Shown: in pieces, positions 37,662 to 47,285 of the stretch | How positions within the stretch are numbered: the first letter of the stretch is position 1 | How the letters are laid out: every line of letters begins with the position of its first letter | Source: Thermodesulfobacteriota bacterium | GTDB lineage: Bacteria; Desulfobacterota_D; UBA1144; Nemesobacterales; Mycalebacteriaceae | NCBI GenBank assembly: GCA_965226585.1 | Contig: OZ245366.1 | Location: 800,001 to 864,000 of the forward strand | Length of the DNA: 64,000 nucleotides | Reading direction: 5' to 3' | Notes under the pieces: model-generated | What the model saw: only the letters and a program-made list of their open reading frames with translations | Told to the model about the DNA's origin: nothing | Databases searched by the model: none | Translations under genes and position numbers: made by a program

Positions 37662-40325
37662 CTACAAAAACATGGGGTCTTTTTTTCTGGGATTTATTTC
37701 AAGCTCTTCCGCCGCGCGCGCAAGCGTTTTGTCGTCTATTTCCCCGTCCTCTCTCATCGCCCACAGCGCGGAGTAGGCTATACTGCGGGCGTTAACCTCA
37801 AAAAACTCTCTCAGCCGCTCCCTTGTGTCGCTTCGCCCGAAGCCGTCCGTTCCCAGTTCAACCGTTCGCCCCGGAAGCAGGCTTGATATGGATGACGGCA
37901 AAGATTTCAGATAGTCCGAAGCCGCCACAAAAACGCCGCTTTCATTTTTCAGGCAGTTCTCAATATGCGAGGTTTTTCTTTTTCTGAAAGGATGGAGACG
38001 GTTCCACCGCCCCGCCGCCTGCGCGTCTCTGTAAAGTTCCTTGTAACTGGTAACGCTCCACACATCAGACGAAACGCCGTAGTTTTTCTCAAGAATTTCA
38101 GCCGCCTTAATCGCCTCGTTCATTATCGCCCCGCTGCCAAGCAGGTGCGCTTTCGGCGCGTTTTTCGCCCCTTTGGATTTTGAAAATCTGTACATTCCCT
38201 TCATTATGCCTTCGGCAACGTCCTTTCTTTTCGGCATTGCGGGCTGTTCGTACGGCTCGTTTGTTACCGTCACATAGTAGAAAATCTCCTCTCCGTCGCA
38301 ATACATTTTTTTTATTCCCTCGCGCACTATAACGGCGAGTTCGTAGGCAAAAGCCGGGTCGTAAGACATCATCGTGGGAAAGGCGTATGAAAAATGCTGG
38401 CTGTTTCCGTCCTGATGCTGAAGCCCTTCGCCGGCAAGTGTTGTTCTGCCCGAAGTGCCGCCAATCAGAAAACCCCTGCATCTCATATCTCCCGCCGCCC
38501 ACGCAAGGTCTCCAATCCTCTGAAGCCCGAACATGGAGTAGAAAATAAAAAACGGAATGGCGTTTATCCCGTGCGTTATGTGCGAAGTTCCGGCGGCTAT
38601 AAAAGAAGACATCGCGCCCGCTTCGGTGATGCCCTCCTCAAGAATTTGCCCGTCTTTCGCCTCTCTGTAATACAGAAGCGTGTCTGAATCCACCGGCTCG
38701 TATTTCTGCCCTTCGCTCGCGTATATGCCGACCTGACGGAAAAGCGCTTCCATTCCAAACGTGCGCGCTTCGTCCGGCACTATGGGAACTATAAGCCGCC
38801 CCGTTTCGGGGTCTTTCAGAAGTCCGGCGAGCATTCGCACAAACGCCATTGTGGTTGTCGCAGGGCGGCCTCCGGAGCCGCCGAGAAATTCAGAGAAAAT
38901 CTTTTCCGGCGCGCTTTTGAGTTTTGCGGCTCTGTCTGTTCGTGACGGCGACGCGCCGCCAAGTTTTTCTCTTTTTTCAAAAAGGTAGCGTATTTCCTCG
39001 CTGTCTTCGGGCGGTTTGTAAAAGGGCAGACCGCCCTCCAGCTGTTCATCGGAGATGGGGATGCGCAGGCGGCTTCTGAAATTTTTCAATTCTTTTTCGT
39101 TCAGTTTTTTCTGCTGGTGCGTTATGTTGCGCCCTTCCCCGCTTTCGCCCAGCCCGTAGCCCTTCACGGTTTTTGCCAGAATCACGGTGGGTTTTCCTTC
39201 CGCCTTCACCGCTTCGGCATACGCCGCGTAGACCTTTGCGGGGTCGTGTCCGCCCCGCGCCAGTTTTTCCAGTTGCTCATCCGTGTGGTTTTTAACGATG
39301 TCCAACAGCATCGGGTGTGTTCCGAAAAAGTTTTTTCTTATGTACTCGCCGCTCTCAACAACGTATTTTTGGTATTCGCCGTCAACCGTTTCGTTCATTC
39401 TTTCAACAAGCAGTCCGCGAGAGTCTTTTTCCAGAAGAGTGTCCCAGTCGGTTCCCCAGACAACTTTTATAACCTTCCACCCGCCGCCGCGGAAAATTGC
39501 CTCAAGTTCCTGAATTATCTTTCCGTTGCCGCGCACGGGACCGTCAAGCCGCTGGAGATTGCAGTTTATTACGAATATGAGATTGTCCAGTTTTTCCCGC
39601 GCCGCAAGGGTTATCGCGCCCAGCGTTTCGGGTTCATCAGACTCGCCGTCTCCGAGGAAAACCCACACCCTGGAATCGGATTTTTTTATCAGCCCTCTGT
39701 TTTCCAGATACCTGTTGAAGCGCGCCTGATAGATTCCCATTATCGGGGAAAGCCCCATTGAAACGGTCGGAAATTCCCAGAAATCGGGCATCAGCCACGG
39801 GTGCGGATATGAGGAAAGCCCTCTGCCGCTTCCCGCTTCACGGCGGAAGTTTTTCATTTGTTCAAGCGAGATTCTGCCTTCAAGGAAAGCCCTTGAATAT
39901 ATGCCCGGAGAGGCGTGTCCTTGAAAATAAACCATGTCCGCCTCTTTTCCGGCTTTGAGGAAGTGGTTGAAGGCGACTTCAAGCAGAGTTGCGGCGGAGG
40001 CGTAGGTTGAGATATGCCCGCCGATTCCGTCTTCAAGCCGGTTTGCGCGGACAACCATTGCCATCGCGTTCCAGCGGATGATGTTTTTAATTCGCCGCTC
40101 AATGTCCCGGTCTCCCGGAAACTTGGGTTGGTTGCCCGGCGTGATGGTGTTGATGTATGGCGTGTTTGCCGCGTAGGGAATTGCCACCCCTTTTTTCGCG
40201 GCGTGGTCTTGAAGCCGTCCGAGAAGCCGTGAAGCCCTCTCGCCGCCCTCTCCCGACACAACTTCGTCAAAAGAGTCCGTCCATTCGCGGTCTTCAATCT
40301 GTTCTTCGGTTTTTTTGTCGGGCAT
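37662..40325 (-). CDS. aceE: Pyruvate dehydrogenase E1, homodimeric type
   Basis: SSYPHPWLMPDFWEFPTVSMG, GDGESDE, NLQRLDGPV, GTDGFGRSD. Confidence 0.97.
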   Translation of the reverse strand: MPDKKTEEQIEDREWTDSFDEVVSGEGGERASRLLGRLQDHAAKKGVAIPYAANTPYINTITPGNQPKFPGDRDIERRIKNIIRWNAMAMVVRANRLEDGIGGHISTYASAATLLEVAFNHFLKAGKEADMVYFQGHASPGIYSRAFLEGRISLEQMKNFRREAGSGRGLSSYPHPWLMPDFWEFPTVSMGLSPIMGIYQARFNRYLENRGLIKKSDSRVWVFLGDGESDEPETLGAITLAAREKLDNLIFVINCNLQRLDGPVRGNGKIIQELEAIFRGGGWKVIKVVWGTDWDTLLEKDSRGLLVERMNETVDGEYQKYVVESGEYIRKNFFGTHPMLLDIVKNHTDEQLEKLARGGHDPAKVYAAYAEAVKAEGKPTVILAKTVKGYGLGESGEGRNITHQQKKLNEKELKNFRSRLRIPISDEQLEGGLPFYKPPEDSEEIRYLFEKREKLGGASPSRTDRAAKLKSAPEKIFSEFLGGSGGRPATTTMAFVRMLAGLLKDPETGRLIVPIVPDEARTFGMEALFRQVGIYASEGQKYEPVDSDTLLYYREAKDGQILEEGITEAGAMSSFIAAGTSHITHGINAIPFFIFYSMFGLQRIGDLAWAAGDMRCRGFLIGGTSGRTTLAGEGLQHQDGNSQHFSYAFPTMMSYDPAFAYELAVIVREGIKKMYCDGEEIFYYVTVTNEPYEQPAMPKRKDVAEGIMKGMYRFSKSKGAKNAPKAHLLGSGAIMNEAIKAAEILEKNYGVSSDVWSVTSYKELYRDAQAAGRWNRLHPFRKRKTSHIENCLKNESGVFVAASDYLKSLPSSISSLLPGRTVELGTDGFGRSDTRERLREFFEVNARSIAYSALWAMREDGEIDDKTLARAAEELEINPRKKDPMFL

Positions 40326-40332
40326 CCCCTCT

Positions 40333-40361
40333 ATTATGAATGGTGGAGGTTTAAGTGTGAA
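40333..40361 (-). promoter_or_regulatory. Putative sigma70 promoter of aceE
   Basis: Minus strand TTCACA-N17-CATAAT, 7 nt before the ATG. Confidence 0.5.
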
Positions 40362-40383
40362 GGGGTTGAGTTTCCGCCGTTTT

Positions 40384-42858
40384 TCAGAAATTCATGCCGT
40401 AGCCCGCAAGCACCGCAATTGAGTTGTCTGCGTTTTTGTTGTGTCCGGGTTCGCGGCTTGCCACCGTGCCAAGGCTCAAATTGCCAATCGCGGTTTTCTT
40501 CACCACTTGCGCGCCAATATCTATCTGTCTGCCGGACGGCTCAATGTCTGCTGTCAGCGCGCTGTTCAGTATCGCGCCGCCGGGGGTTCTGCCCGTTGGG
40601 ATTATCAGACCCATGCGACCGCTTTCAACTCTCACCGGAGATGAAACGGAAACTCTGATTGCCGAATCTTCCGAAGGTTTGTGAACAAATCCCATGGAGA
40701 AAGAGCTGGTTGCCAGATGCGACACGTCTTTTATCAGTCCGCCGCCCGTTTCCGGATACGCGATTCCCATTTCCGCGTTTGCGAAGATTTCCCATTTTCC
40801 GAAATCGTAGTCATAGCCGATGCTTGTAAAAACGGTTTCTGAGGAAAACCCGCCAAACGCGCCCTTTGCTGTGGTTCCGAGAGCCGACCTTGCTTCCGAG
40901 ATATAGCCTGAGCGGAAACCGAAAGGCAGTTTTGGCAGGCGGTATGAAACAACCGCTCCCTGAACGGGTCTTTCCCCTCGTTCATCGGATTTGAAAGCGG
41001 AAAATCCGAAGTCGCCGGATTTAACGCCGAAGGAAACGGCGTCTTCAATAAAAGCCAGATGCCCCGCTTTGCTCAAATGCCCTGAGTTTTCAACCTTTCC
41101 TCTCCTCAACGAGACGGAAACTGACGGGATTTGTCCGCTTGCAAAGCCGTTTCCTTCTCCCATTCCCGCGACCGCCCTATTTTCCGCCGTCAGAGACGCC
41201 GTAAGTTCGCCGTTTTGAACGGATATTCCGTCCGCCCGCGCCGCCGTGTCTTCACTTTGCGAAAACTCCAGGAAATTGCTCAAGTAATGTCCGACCGCAG
41301 GTTTTTGATATTTTCCTGCAAATGCTTCGAGCGGATACCAGAACGGAGCTCCGAGCGAGTCAAACGCCGCGATTTCCTGTTCCGCAAACGCGGTTGAAAT
41401 TCCGTCACCAAATGCTTCGCCAGTTTCCACTCGCATACCGGAAACGGGTGAGAACAGCCATCCGTCTTCGGAGTTCAGATTTCCGCCGCCTGATGAGGAA
41501 ACAGATGCCTGTCCAACCGGCTCGGTCGCGGCTCCGACATTGAGGAGTCCTTGCCCGTAGATTGAAGACACGTCATTGGTGCCGTCGCTGTCAGAATCAG
41601 TGTTCGGCGCGTAAGTGCCGGTTTTTGTTGCGGTGGCAAACATTCTGGCAAGCAACTCCACGTTGCTTAACTGACCGCGAAATTGTTGTTTCATTAGCGC
41701 AAGACCGCCCGCAACTATGGGGGCGGCAAGTGATGTGCCTTTATTATCGTCAAAATCCCCAATGGTTCTGCTTATTGTTCCATCAGCAATTTTTGTTGAT
41801 TCAGCAACTCCGATTTCCTCACCCGGAGCGGCTATGCACCACTGGGCGGCAACTCCGCACCTATTGGAAAAATCGGTGATTGTTCCGTTCAGTTGTACGG
41901 CAACAACTGCAACGGAATGGGGGCGCAATTCCGGTATGAGATACATCAATCCGGCGAGCGGACCCGGTGAACTTGCGTCAACCTTTCCGTTTTTACAACT
42001 CTCAATTCCGTTTACTGCGGGGCAAACTGAGTCATTTTCATTTCCGGCTGCCCACACGAAAATTGTTTTCTCCGTGCGTCCTGCTTGTATTTCGGTTGAG
42101 AAATCATCGGCGGAGAGTTCTCCGGCTTCCACGACGTTTACATATAGGGAATCTGAAATAATTCCGTACTGATAGGATTTGTCCTCTTCATTAGGAAATC
42201 CGAGGCTCAAGTTCAATATGTCAACGCTACGAGCAGGATTGAGAGCGGCGGCAGTTGCCGCGTCAAGAGAATCTAAAGATCCAAGGGCAAACATTCTTAT
42301 GTCTGCTCCGGGAGCAACACCTTCGGATGTTGCCGGGACAGGATTGTTGTCCTCATCAACATACAAGTCTGGCCAATCCGCCCGCACTCCGGCAGCTATA
42401 CTGGCAACACTTGTTCCGTGAGAGGTATCACCCTCATCAGCCAAGTCAGAGTTCCTTGATGAACCTCCAAAATATTCAACGGTCATTCTTTTGCCGTTAA
42501 ATGCCGGATGTTCAGTATCCAACCCGCTATCAACAAAACCGATTGTAACTCCGTTGCCCGGTCTGGTTGCCGCATTTACGCCCTTCGTGTTATAGATGTT
42601 CGCGTATGCTCTGTCCAAACTTATGAGACCGAACTCTGCCCCCGCAACTGAGTTTGCCAAATACCCTGTGTAAAAAGTCTCAAGGGTTGAGATGTTTGCG
42701 GATTCCGCTGAACTAGGAGATGCCACTACTGGGTTATTAGGTACGTTCGGTAAAGGCGGAACCGGGCGGGAAGAACTACCGCCTCCTCCTCCCCCGCCCC
42801 CGAAACATCCGGCAAACACAAAAGAAACCGCTACAAGTAGTGGCAATGCTTTTTTCAT
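40384..42858 (-). CDS. Lipidated subtilisin-family (S8) serine protease with C-terminal beta-barrel-like domain
   Basis: Lipobox FAGC plus poly-Gly; triad motifs VDSG, SHGTSVA, GTSLAAP; AAGN; ends GYGMNF. Confidence 0.88.
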   Translation of the reverse strand: MKKALPLLVAVSFVFAGCFGGGGGGGGSSSRPVPPLPNVPNNPVVASPSSAESANISTLETFYTGYLANSVAGAEFGLISLDRAYANIYNTKGVNAATRPGNGVTIGFVDSGLDTEHPAFNGKRMTVEYFGGSSRNSDLADEGDTSHGTSVASIAAGVRADWPDLYVDEDNNPVPATSEGVAPGADIRMFALGSLDSLDAATAAALNPARSVDILNLSLGFPNEEDKSYQYGIISDSLYVNVVEAGELSADDFSTEIQAGRTEKTIFVWAAGNENDSVCPAVNGIESCKNGKVDASSPGPLAGLMYLIPELRPHSVAVVAVQLNGTITDFSNRCGVAAQWCIAAPGEEIGVAESTKIADGTISRTIGDFDDNKGTSLAAPIVAGGLALMKQQFRGQLSNVELLARMFATATKTGTYAPNTDSDSDGTNDVSSIYGQGLLNVGAATEPVGQASVSSSGGGNLNSEDGWLFSPVSGMRVETGEAFGDGISTAFAEQEIAAFDSLGAPFWYPLEAFAGKYQKPAVGHYLSNFLEFSQSEDTAARADGISVQNGELTASLTAENRAVAGMGEGNGFASGQIPSVSVSLRRGKVENSGHLSKAGHLAFIEDAVSFGVKSGDFGFSAFKSDERGERPVQGAVVSYRLPKLPFGFRSGYISEARSALGTTAKGAFGGFSSETVFTSIGYDYDFGKWEIFANAEMGIAYPETGGGLIKDVSHLATSSFSMGFVHKPSEDSAIRVSVSSPVRVESGRMGLIIPTGRTPGGAILNSALTADIEPSGRQIDIGAQVVKKTAIGNLSLGTVASREPGHNKNADNSIAVLAGYGMNF

Positions 42859-42871
42859 TCGTTATCTCCTT

Positions 42872-43393
42872 TTAATTTGAGACCTTAACTTTCCTGTCGG
42901 ATACGGTCAGAGTTTTAATGACCGCTCCGGCGGGGATAACCCCTTCTTTCCCTTTGTTCAGGAAAGCCAGAGGGCAAAGAATGACTCCAACGGCAACAGT
43001 TCCCCCGATTTCAGAGTCTCCTTTCGTGTTGAAACTGCCCTTCAATGGAATCGTGGTTCCGTCAACAGCGGTTGTGTATTCCACTCCGACTGTGAGGTGT
43101 CCGGAAATTCCCGCCATACCAGCCCCTTTTCTGTCCGCTACTGTTGCGACAACACTTGTTCCCGCCTCAATAACGGTTGTTCCGTCAACCTTGATATCGC
43201 GCTCAACAGTCAGAACGACTTCCTGTCCGGCTCTCATTTCCTTTGAAGAAATGCGCTGTCCGGTTTTGACGGGAACAAGGGTTCCCTCTTTAAGAACGAC
43301 GGTACCGGCAAACGCGCCCGGCGCGCCGGATGCGGCAAAAATCATCGCCGCCATTGCAATGCAGAAACCTGCACGGTTAATTAAATACTTCAT
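42872..43393 (-). CDS. Exported protein with VirB10/TrbI-like beta pattern
   Basis: Start reassigned to ATG 43393 (GGAGG); signal peptide; LKEGT.V.V.....ISS.....G...V..DI......VI.AGT. Confidence 0.6.
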   Translation of the reverse strand: MKYLINRAGFCIAMAAMIFAASGAPGAFAGTVVLKEGTLVPVKTGQRISSKEMRAGQEVVLTVERDIKVDGTTVIEAGTSVVATVADRKGAGMAGISGHLTVGVEYTTAVDGTTIPLKGSFNTKGDSEIGGTVAVGVILCPLAFLNKGKEGVIPAGAVIKTLTVSDRKVKVSN

Positions 43394-43832
43394 TTTTTGT
43401 CCTCCAATGAAATAAAGATTTTTCAATTTTTGATGGAAAAAAGAGCATGAAAACACCAATTCCGCCGAGCAACCCCGTAGCGGATCGCGTCAGGTTCACA
43501 CTCTCGTAAGCAGTGGCACTTTGAATGGCAACATCCAGCATTGCCGGAACCAGCAAGACAAATCCAAGCAAAGCGCGTTTTGAATATTTATGCGGTTTGA
43601 AGATAAGCAACGCGGCGACCGCAACGCCGAAATACCCCAGCAGACACCTTGAGCAAAGTCCGCACGGAAAGCCCATAACATAGAAAGACCGCGAGGGTAG
43701 CTGGTGGCATATAAGAGACAGCGAGCGGTAAATTTGATCACCTGCGGGAAATCCCATTATCGCCTGTCTCACGGGCGCGAGAAAGGAAAGAAGGACTAAC
43801 GAAAGAGAAGAGAGAAAAATTAGTATTCTCAT
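43377..43832 (-). CDS. DUF2085-like membrane protein
   Basis: ICHQLPSRSF...CSRC.LGY...D...Q....YESVN..R..TG. Confidence 0.8.
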   Translation of the reverse strand: MRILIFLSSLSLVLLSFLAPVRQAIMGFPAGDQIYRSLSLICHQLPSRSFYVMGFPCGLCSRCLLGYFGVAVAALLIFKPHKYSKRALLGFVLLVPAMLDVAIQSATAYESVNLTRSATGLLGGIGVFMLFFPSKIEKSLFHWRTKNEVFN

Positions 43833-43840
43833 ATAATTCC

Positions 43841-44488
43841 TCAGAACTTGTAATACACTCGCCCTGTTAAGTTGTATGAATAAGTTGCGTCACCCACATC
43901 ATAGAAAACGGAACTTGATTCCATTCCAACCGCCAGATTGTCGCTAAGCAGAAATCTCATCCCCAGAATTCCGCCGTAAATGAAATAACTTTCGGTTTCC
44001 TCCCCGGTGATTGTTAGGGTTACGTTTGTTTGTGTGTTTGTCGCGACAATGCCCGGAGTCAGGTCAAAATTAACCCTGCCGTACCCAGCCGCCGCCCCGA
44101 TATAGGGAACAAAGTCGCCAAAGTGGTGGAAGTCGTAGAAGAATCTTCCGAGAGCGTTAAAGGTTACAACGTCAAAATCTCCGGCAATGGTGATGCCCTG
44201 CCCGCCACCGCTAAACTCTCCTCCGTTGCCGGTGAAAGAAACTGCCAGTTCGGAACGAATTCCCTCGCCCGTGTCATAACCAAACGCTCCGCCAAACGTA
44301 TAACCGGCGTCATATTCTTCGTCCGCTTTTAATCCTGAATCTTCGTATGATGCCTTACTGTAAAAACGCACACCGCCGTCAAGAGCCACATAAAAGCCGC
44401 CACTTTGTGAAATATCCTGAGCGGAAGACCCCGCCGCCGGAATAAGAACTGCCAGAAAGATTGCAAAAATAACAAATGCCCTGTCCAT
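43841..44488 (-). CDS. Outer-membrane beta-barrel protein (OmpA-TM/opacity-like)
   Basis: Signal peptide, GFYVA..GG, GGAFGYD...IRSEL, FVPYIG, C-terminal YYKF. Confidence 0.85.
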   Translation of the reverse strand: MDRAFVIFAIFLAVLIPAAGSSAQDISQSGGFYVALDGGVRFYSKASYEDSGLKADEEYDAGYTFGGAFGYDTGEGIRSELAVSFTGNGGEFSGGGQGITIAGDFDVVTFNALGRFFYDFHHFGDFVPYIGAAAGYGRVNFDLTPGIVATNTQTNVTLTITGEETESYFIYGGILGMRFLLSDNLAVGMESSSVFYDVGDATYSYNLTGRVYYKF

Positions 44489-44527
44489 CTTGCGCGTACC
44501 TCCAAGAAATGGTTTAAGGCTCCGTCC

Positions 44528-44656
44528 GCTTAACAGGGCGCCGGGCCTTGTTAAGCATCTAAATAGGATTTAGAAGTTCTGATTATTTCCCGCGAGGGTC
44601 TTGTATTCACAGAGACCCGACAGTGCGGGTTCCTATGAAGATGCTTAACAGGGTTC
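44528..44656 (-). ncRNA. Candidate structured 5' leader RNA (or small inverted-repeat element)
   Basis: Outer inverted repeat 44543-44568 / 44631-44656, inner stems CCCGC/GCGGG and GGGTCT/AGACCC, third copy gcttaacaggg at 44528. Confidence 0.5.
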
Positions 44657-44686
44657 ATTCTAAAGCAACAAGTAAAATGTTGTCAA
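44657..44686 (-). promoter_or_regulatory. sigma70 promoter for the surface-protein cluster
   Basis: Minus strand TTGACA-N18-TAGAAT. Confidence 0.65.
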
Positions 44687-44758
44687 GTTGAGCCGAGGAG
44701 ACAGATTTCAGCACACCCTTCAAACTTCGTGTTTCTTTATGTAGAATAGCCCGCTGAT

Positions 44759-46192
44759 ATGAGTTCCAAATACGATCTTGTTGTAATAGGTTCAGGTCCC
44801 GGCGGTTATGTCTCAGCAATCAGAGCCGCGCAACTCGGGATGAAAACCGCCGTTATTGAACGCGACAACCCCGGAGGCGTCTGCCTCAACTGGGGATGCA
44901 TTCCGTCAAAAGCCATCATAAAATGCGCGGAAGTTTATAACTACTTTCAAAACGCGGGCGATTACGGCATCTCGCACAAAGGGCTTTCGTTTGACTACTC
45001 AAAGGTGATAGACAAAAGCAGAGGCTCATCATCCGCCCTCAACAAAGGAGTGGAGTTTCTTCTCAAGAAAAACAAAGTTGATTTTATAAAAGGCTCCGCG
45101 AAACTTCTCCGCCCCGGCTCCGTTGGAATTGCGGGTGACGAAGATTCCGAAATTCAGGCGCAAAATATTCTGCTCGCCACAGGCTCGGTTCCACGCACAA
45201 TTCCGGGAATGGAAATAGACGGAAAAATCGTTATGACAAGCGATGAAGCGATAATGAACCGCTCAATTCCCAAAAATATCGTGATTATCGGCGGCGGCTA
45301 CATCGGTGTTGAATTCGCCTATGTCTATAACTCTTTCGGCAGTAAGGTTACCGTTGTTGAAATGGCTCCAAACCTGATTCCGGGAGCAGACGAAGACATA
45401 TCAAAGGAACTTGAAAAAAGTTTCAAAAAAAGCGGAATAGAGGTTCTCACCTCAACAGCGTATAAATCAATTAAAAAGACAAAAACCTCAGCAAAGGTAA
45501 CGGTTGCCGGCGCGGATTCGGGAGAGGAAAAGGTTCTGAACGCGGAAATTGTTCTGGTTGCCATCGGAAGAAAAGCGGTTGCCAACGCGGCTCCCACATC
45601 TTTCAGTTTCTACGGATCCGGAGACAGTATGGGGCTTTCAGAACTCGGCATCGAAATGGACGAACAGGGATTTATAAAAACCGATGAATCATATTCAACA
45701 ACCTGCTCCGGCGTCTACGCGATTGGAGACGTTGCGGGACCCCCGCTTCTCGCGCACAAGGCGTCTGAAGAGGGAGTTGTTGCCGTTGAGCGCATGAACG
45801 GGATGGACACGCGGGTTCACTACAACAACATTCCGGGCTGTGTCTACTGCCAGCCGGAAATTGCTTCGGTTGGTCTTACCGAAAAAGCGGCAAATGACGC
45901 CGGACACAACATTGCGGTCGGCACTTTCCCCTTCAAGGCGGTTGGCAAGGCGGTGGCGGTTGGAGAAACTGAGGGTTTTGTGAAAATTATTTCAAACAAA
46001 GAAAACGGGGAAATACTCGGAGCCCACATAATAGGACACGGAGCCACGGAACTGATAGCGGAGATAGGAACGGCAAAAACGCTTGAGAGCACGCCCTACG
46101 AAATTGCCACAACATCTCACGCGCACCCCACGCTTTCCGAAGCCGTTATGGAAGCCGCCCTCTCCGCCATGGGAAGGCAGAGGCATTTTTGA
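44759..46192 (+). CDS. lpdA: Dihydrolipoyl dehydrogenase
   Basis: IGSGPGGY, GGVCLNWGCIPSK, LAHKA, HAHPTLSE. Confidence 0.97.
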   Translation: MSSKYDLVVIGSGPGGYVSAIRAAQLGMKTAVIERDNPGGVCLNWGCIPSKAIIKCAEVYNYFQNAGDYGISHKGLSFDYSKVIDKSRGSSSALNKGVEFLLKKNKVDFIKGSAKLLRPGSVGIAGDEDSEIQAQNILLATGSVPRTIPGMEIDGKIVMTSDEAIMNRSIPKNIVIIGGGYIGVEFAYVYNSFGSKVTVVEMAPNLIPGADEDISKELEKSFKKSGIEVLTSTAYKSIKKTKTSAKVTVAGADSGEEKVLNAEIVLVAIGRKAVANAAPTSFSFYGSGDSMGLSELGIEMDEQGFIKTDESYSTTCSGVYAIGDVAGPPLLAHKASEEGVVAVERMNGMDTRVHYNNIPGCVYCQPEIASVGLTEKAANDAGHNIAVGTFPFKAVGKAVAVGETEGFVKIISNKENGEILGAHIIGHGATELIAEIGTAKTLESTPYEIATTSHAHPTLSEAVMEAALSAMGRQRHF

Positions 46193-46845
46193 GAAAAACG
46201 TTAATTCTCAAAAACCCCGGAACCGTCAACTACCCCGAAGCCGTTGAGCTTCAACTCCAAACCCTTGAAAAGCGCATAGCCGGAGAAACCGGCGACACGC
46301 TTATTCTTCTTGAACACCCGCCGACAATCACAACCGGCAGACGCGGAAATCTTTCAAACCTCACGGCAAGCCGGGAATTTCTTGAAAAAAAAGGCGTTTA
46401 TGTTGACCCTTCGGCGGGCAGAGGCGGAGACATTACCTTTCACGGACCCGGGCAGATAGTCGGCTATCCCATTGTCGGCATCAAAGACCGCAAGGGCGGC
46501 GTTCCGGGCTATGTGCGCTCTCTGGAAAAGGTGATTATTCGCGCCCTCGCGGATTTTGGTGTTTCCGCCCGCCGCGTGGAAAAACTGACGGGCGTTTGGG
46601 TGAAGCGCAGTAAGATAGCGTCAATCGGAGTCGGGGTGAGGCGGTGGATAACATGGCACGGTTTCGCGCTTAATGTGAACACAGACCTCTCGTGGTTTGA
46701 TACGATGGTTCCGTGCGGACTTCCGCAGACGCGCATGACTTCAATAAAAGACTGGACGGATAGCGGACAGGATATTGACATGGAAGCGGCGCGGGATTCG
46801 CTGATAAAACATTTTGCTGAAGAATTCGGCTATGAACAGCCCTGA
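46189..46845 (+). CDS. lipB: Lipoyl(octanoyl) transferase
   Basis: LLEHPPTITTG, RGGDITFHGPGQ, KIASIG, HGFALN, VPCG. Confidence 0.95.
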   Translation: MRKTLILKNPGTVNYPEAVELQLQTLEKRIAGETGDTLILLEHPPTITTGRRGNLSNLTASREFLEKKGVYVDPSAGRGGDITFHGPGQIVGYPIVGIKDRKGGVPGYVRSLEKVIIRALADFGVSARRVEKLTGVWVKRSKIASIGVGVRRWITWHGFALNVNTDLSWFDTMVPCGLPQTRMTSIKDWTDSGQDIDMEAARDSLIKHFAEEFGYEQP

Positions 46846-46853
46846 TGAGATTT

Positions 46854-47285
46854 TTAAGGTTTTTTTGTCCAGTAGACAAGAACCGCGCCGAGAACTATCA
46901 GTAAAATTCCCGCCGCTCGCATGGGAGATATTTTTTCACCCAGAATTGCCCACGCATACAGAGCCGAAAAAAGCGGAGCGGTTGCCACTATCGGGATAAC
47001 GTAAGATGCTTCGCCGTCTTTGATGGCGGAGAAAAACACGAACAGCCCTATAATTCCGCCCAGAAGCCCCGCCGCGAGAATAAGCGTCAGGGTTCTTCCG
47101 CTGACTTCAAAAACCTCCGCGCCCTTTCCGGTTGCGATTGTAAAAACCGTTATGCACGCCGAGATAAACAACAGCCGGATTGTCATTACAACGGTTGTCG
47201 GTGCGTCTCTGAGGCTTAATTTCTCAAGTATCGGGCTGAGACCCCATACCGCCGCGACAAAAACCGCCATTAAAGTTACTCTCAT
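46854..47285 (-). CDS. Single-domain EamA/DMT membrane protein
   Basis: About 5 TMs, ASYVIPI, ILGEKIS. Confidence 0.82.
   Translation of the reverse strand: MRVTLMAVFVAAVWGLSPILEKLSLRDAPTTVVMTIRLLFISACITVFTIATGKGAEVFEVSGRTLTLILAAGLLGGIIGLFVFFSAIKDGEASYVIPIVATAPLFSALYAWAILGEKISPMRAAGILLIVLGAVLVYWTKKP

Noticed and set aside
42779..42801. Phase-variable tract in the protease poly-Gly linker
   Set aside because: Gly codons are mixed rather than a pure homopolymer or perfect microsatellite, and the frame is intact.
44528..44656. 6S RNA or SRP RNA identity for the long hairpin
   Set aside because: Shorter than typical 6S with no clear central bubble, and no SRP GGAA-loop motif; left as an unclassified candidate.
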